From Wallemia ichthyophaga EXF-994 (taxonomy: Eukaryota > Fungi > Basidiomycota), in contig NW_008806277.1 of NCBI RefSeq assembly GCF_000400465.1, forward strand, positions 30,001 through 62,000: 32,000 nucleotides of DNA, read 5' to 3'. This document shows, in pieces, positions 30,017 to 32,000 of the stretch. How positions within the stretch are numbered: position 1 is the stretch's first letter; every line of letters begins with the position of its first letter. Position numbers and translations under genes: made by a program. The notes below the pieces were generated by a model that was not told where the DNA came from, did no database searches, and saw only the letters and a program-made list of their open reading frames with translations.

Positions 30017-32000
30017 TCACGGCCTCATTTTGTTACTATCATACGCATTGAATATTTTCTCTACCATGGTCTTGCTTGATGAGTTACTGTCTAATCTTGA
30101 AAGAGTCAGTTGAAGCATCAGTTTGAGCGCGCTCCTTGGTAATTCCTTGCAAGCATCTATCTGATTAAACATAGCCATCACCGTACCTCGATCTGGATAA
30201 TTGTGTGCTGATAAATAGACACCGGCTTCCCATTCAGGTCTTTTCCCAATAAGGACATCCCTAAGCACATGCTCTTCCACGCCACCTTTGCAAAGTGTTC
30301 GGATAGCGTAAGTTATCATTGAGCTTTGCAGCAGTGGTGCGAGATAACCTAGCACACTCCTTAATGTGCCTCTATATGCGGCCTGCAGGTAATTGAGCTC
30401 GCGAGCACTCAGAACAAGCTCTGTCGAGTTAGACCGAGAGTATGTCTTTTTATGTGCAAGATTGCATAAGCGGTTCAAGGTCAAATGATACCAAACACTG
30501 ACAGGCTTGTCATTAGACAGCGCATCCAACAGCACAGCATCGATGAAATTGCAGCTGCCTCCAGACCTAGCGAAGCTTGCTAGAGACGACAAACTGCCAC
30601 TCAGCTCCAGACTATTACCGACTTCTTCGTAGTTTTCGGAACGTAGCAGCCCCTGGTCGGGTGTGAGATCCGTCCTCAGGTTGGCTACAAGGTCAAGTCC
30701 AGCCTTATTTCTGCTAGCGGTAGACTTCAGATTGCGAGGATCAGCTGCGTAGCTCAAATATCCTGCTTTCTTCTTAACGTAGAAAGTCTGTGATGTCTTG
30801 AGATTCTTCAGACTGTTCTCATCGTTGAAATCAATAACAAGCGGCCAATATCTGGGCGAATCAATCTTCAGGCTGAGCAGTCTAGAATATTTGGGCACGA
30901 GCGTTGGCGCTATCATCCTCATGCTTTTCGGCATCTTGTCCAATTCGTCGACAGCCTTGATCTTAATGGGAACATAGACAGCCTCATTAGTCTTGACATC
31001 GCGCGGAATAAAGCATCGTTTCTGTACAGCCTTCACCCACAAATGTCTGTATGCGAATGAATGGTTTGACTGATCGGCTGGCGTCATTGGCCATTTGGGG
31101 TACAGAGCGCACAAGAGGAATCCAACAGCTTCGTTTGAGTTAGTGAGCGTGTACTCTCCGCCTCCTAGAAATAGTAATCCAAGTGCCATATGCGTCGCCA
31201 TCTGTGAGCCGAAGTTTCTGCCACTTGATGCACCGAATTGACCGTGAGCTATGCGGAGACGCTTCAAGATTCCAAGTTCGCCAGTGCCAGCCATAACCGC
31301 CGCTAGTGCTACGGTTATTGTGTTCAGACCTGACCTGATTGCTGCTCGTTTCACTTTGCCCTCGTATGTGATAGCTGGAATGGGAGTCAAAGTGTCAGTC
31401 CATTAACCATCGCATTGTCACACAACCCACATTTAATCGATGCGGCTTGTGTGAAGAGATCCATATAGTAAAGTAGACACTCAAACGCATCGTCTTCGGC
31501 TGTACCCGCAAATTTGAGTCCTTGAGCAAGACATGCGCCGGCGACGATGTTGTAGTAGCCCAATTCGATACTATCATCCACAGACTCAAACCTATCCTTC
31601 TTTCTATCAAGAGCAGATCGTATGAACTGGGGTATTTGACTCTCAACCCACTCCTTCTTCCTGCCAATCGAATCCCACATGATGAGATTCTTGGCGAGAG
31701 TTCTAAATAGGAGGAAATCAGGTCTGATCCAATCTAATTCAGTGGAGTTGTGGGGTAGATCCATTAGAGACGCCACGTCGCTTCTCTCAGACTTTAGAAA
31801 CCACATTGCGAGTGCCAGTGTCGCGCCGGGACTGGTAAAGTTGGCGTCAAGGGCGTCAAACTCGATGCCCGACTTGTTGTGGCCGTGCTTATCGCCATGC
31901 ATATAGTGTCTCAGTTTTGTAATCATCTGCGTCTCTGATGGCGATGTCGCTTCTTTACCTTTCGCGAGCATGACTAATCCGAAGCCAAGAGCTGCCGATA
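30017..32000 (-). CDS. APC1: Anaphase-promoting complex subunit 1 (3' part; 5' part beyond the window)
   Basis: SAALGFGLVMLAKG, TSPGATLALAMWFLKS, VRPDFL-like WIRPDFLLFRTLAKNLIMWD, VMAGTGELGILKRLR, FGSQMATHMALGLLFLGGG, SPRYWP. One intron near 31377-31432. Confidence 0.94.

Overview
Fungal nuclear DNA from a very gene-dense, basidiomycete-type genome with short spliceosomal introns (mostly ~46-80 nt). Compactness and an acidic class I hydrophobin suggest a Wallemia-like organism, but that is inference only. The left third is an apparently identical direct repeat (1-4178 = 4637-8814, offset 4636). It carries a disrupted F-box-like gene, RPS12, a hydrophobin and the 3' end of SPG1/TEM1, and ends at an SPG1 splice donor. 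The 458-bp segment between the copies holds the standout feature: a complete tRNA-Arg(ACG) whose 3' half (4329-4364) lies upstream of its 5' half (4369-4404). The halves are joined by a 4-nt CCAC spacer, split at the canonical 37/38 intron site and followed by a T7 run, i.e. a circularly permuted tRNA gene. The remainder is housekeeping genes (SPG1, DAHP synthase, RanBP2-ZnF protein, SCOT, cis-prenyltransferase, C2H2 ZnF, NatB catalytic subunit, VPS35, heparinase II/III-like membrane protein, SKI3, Mtf2-like, IF1-like, APC1). Several head-to-head pairs have start codons <20 bp apart, and one 206-nt intron can fold back on itself. Gene models were spliced by eye; no searches were run.
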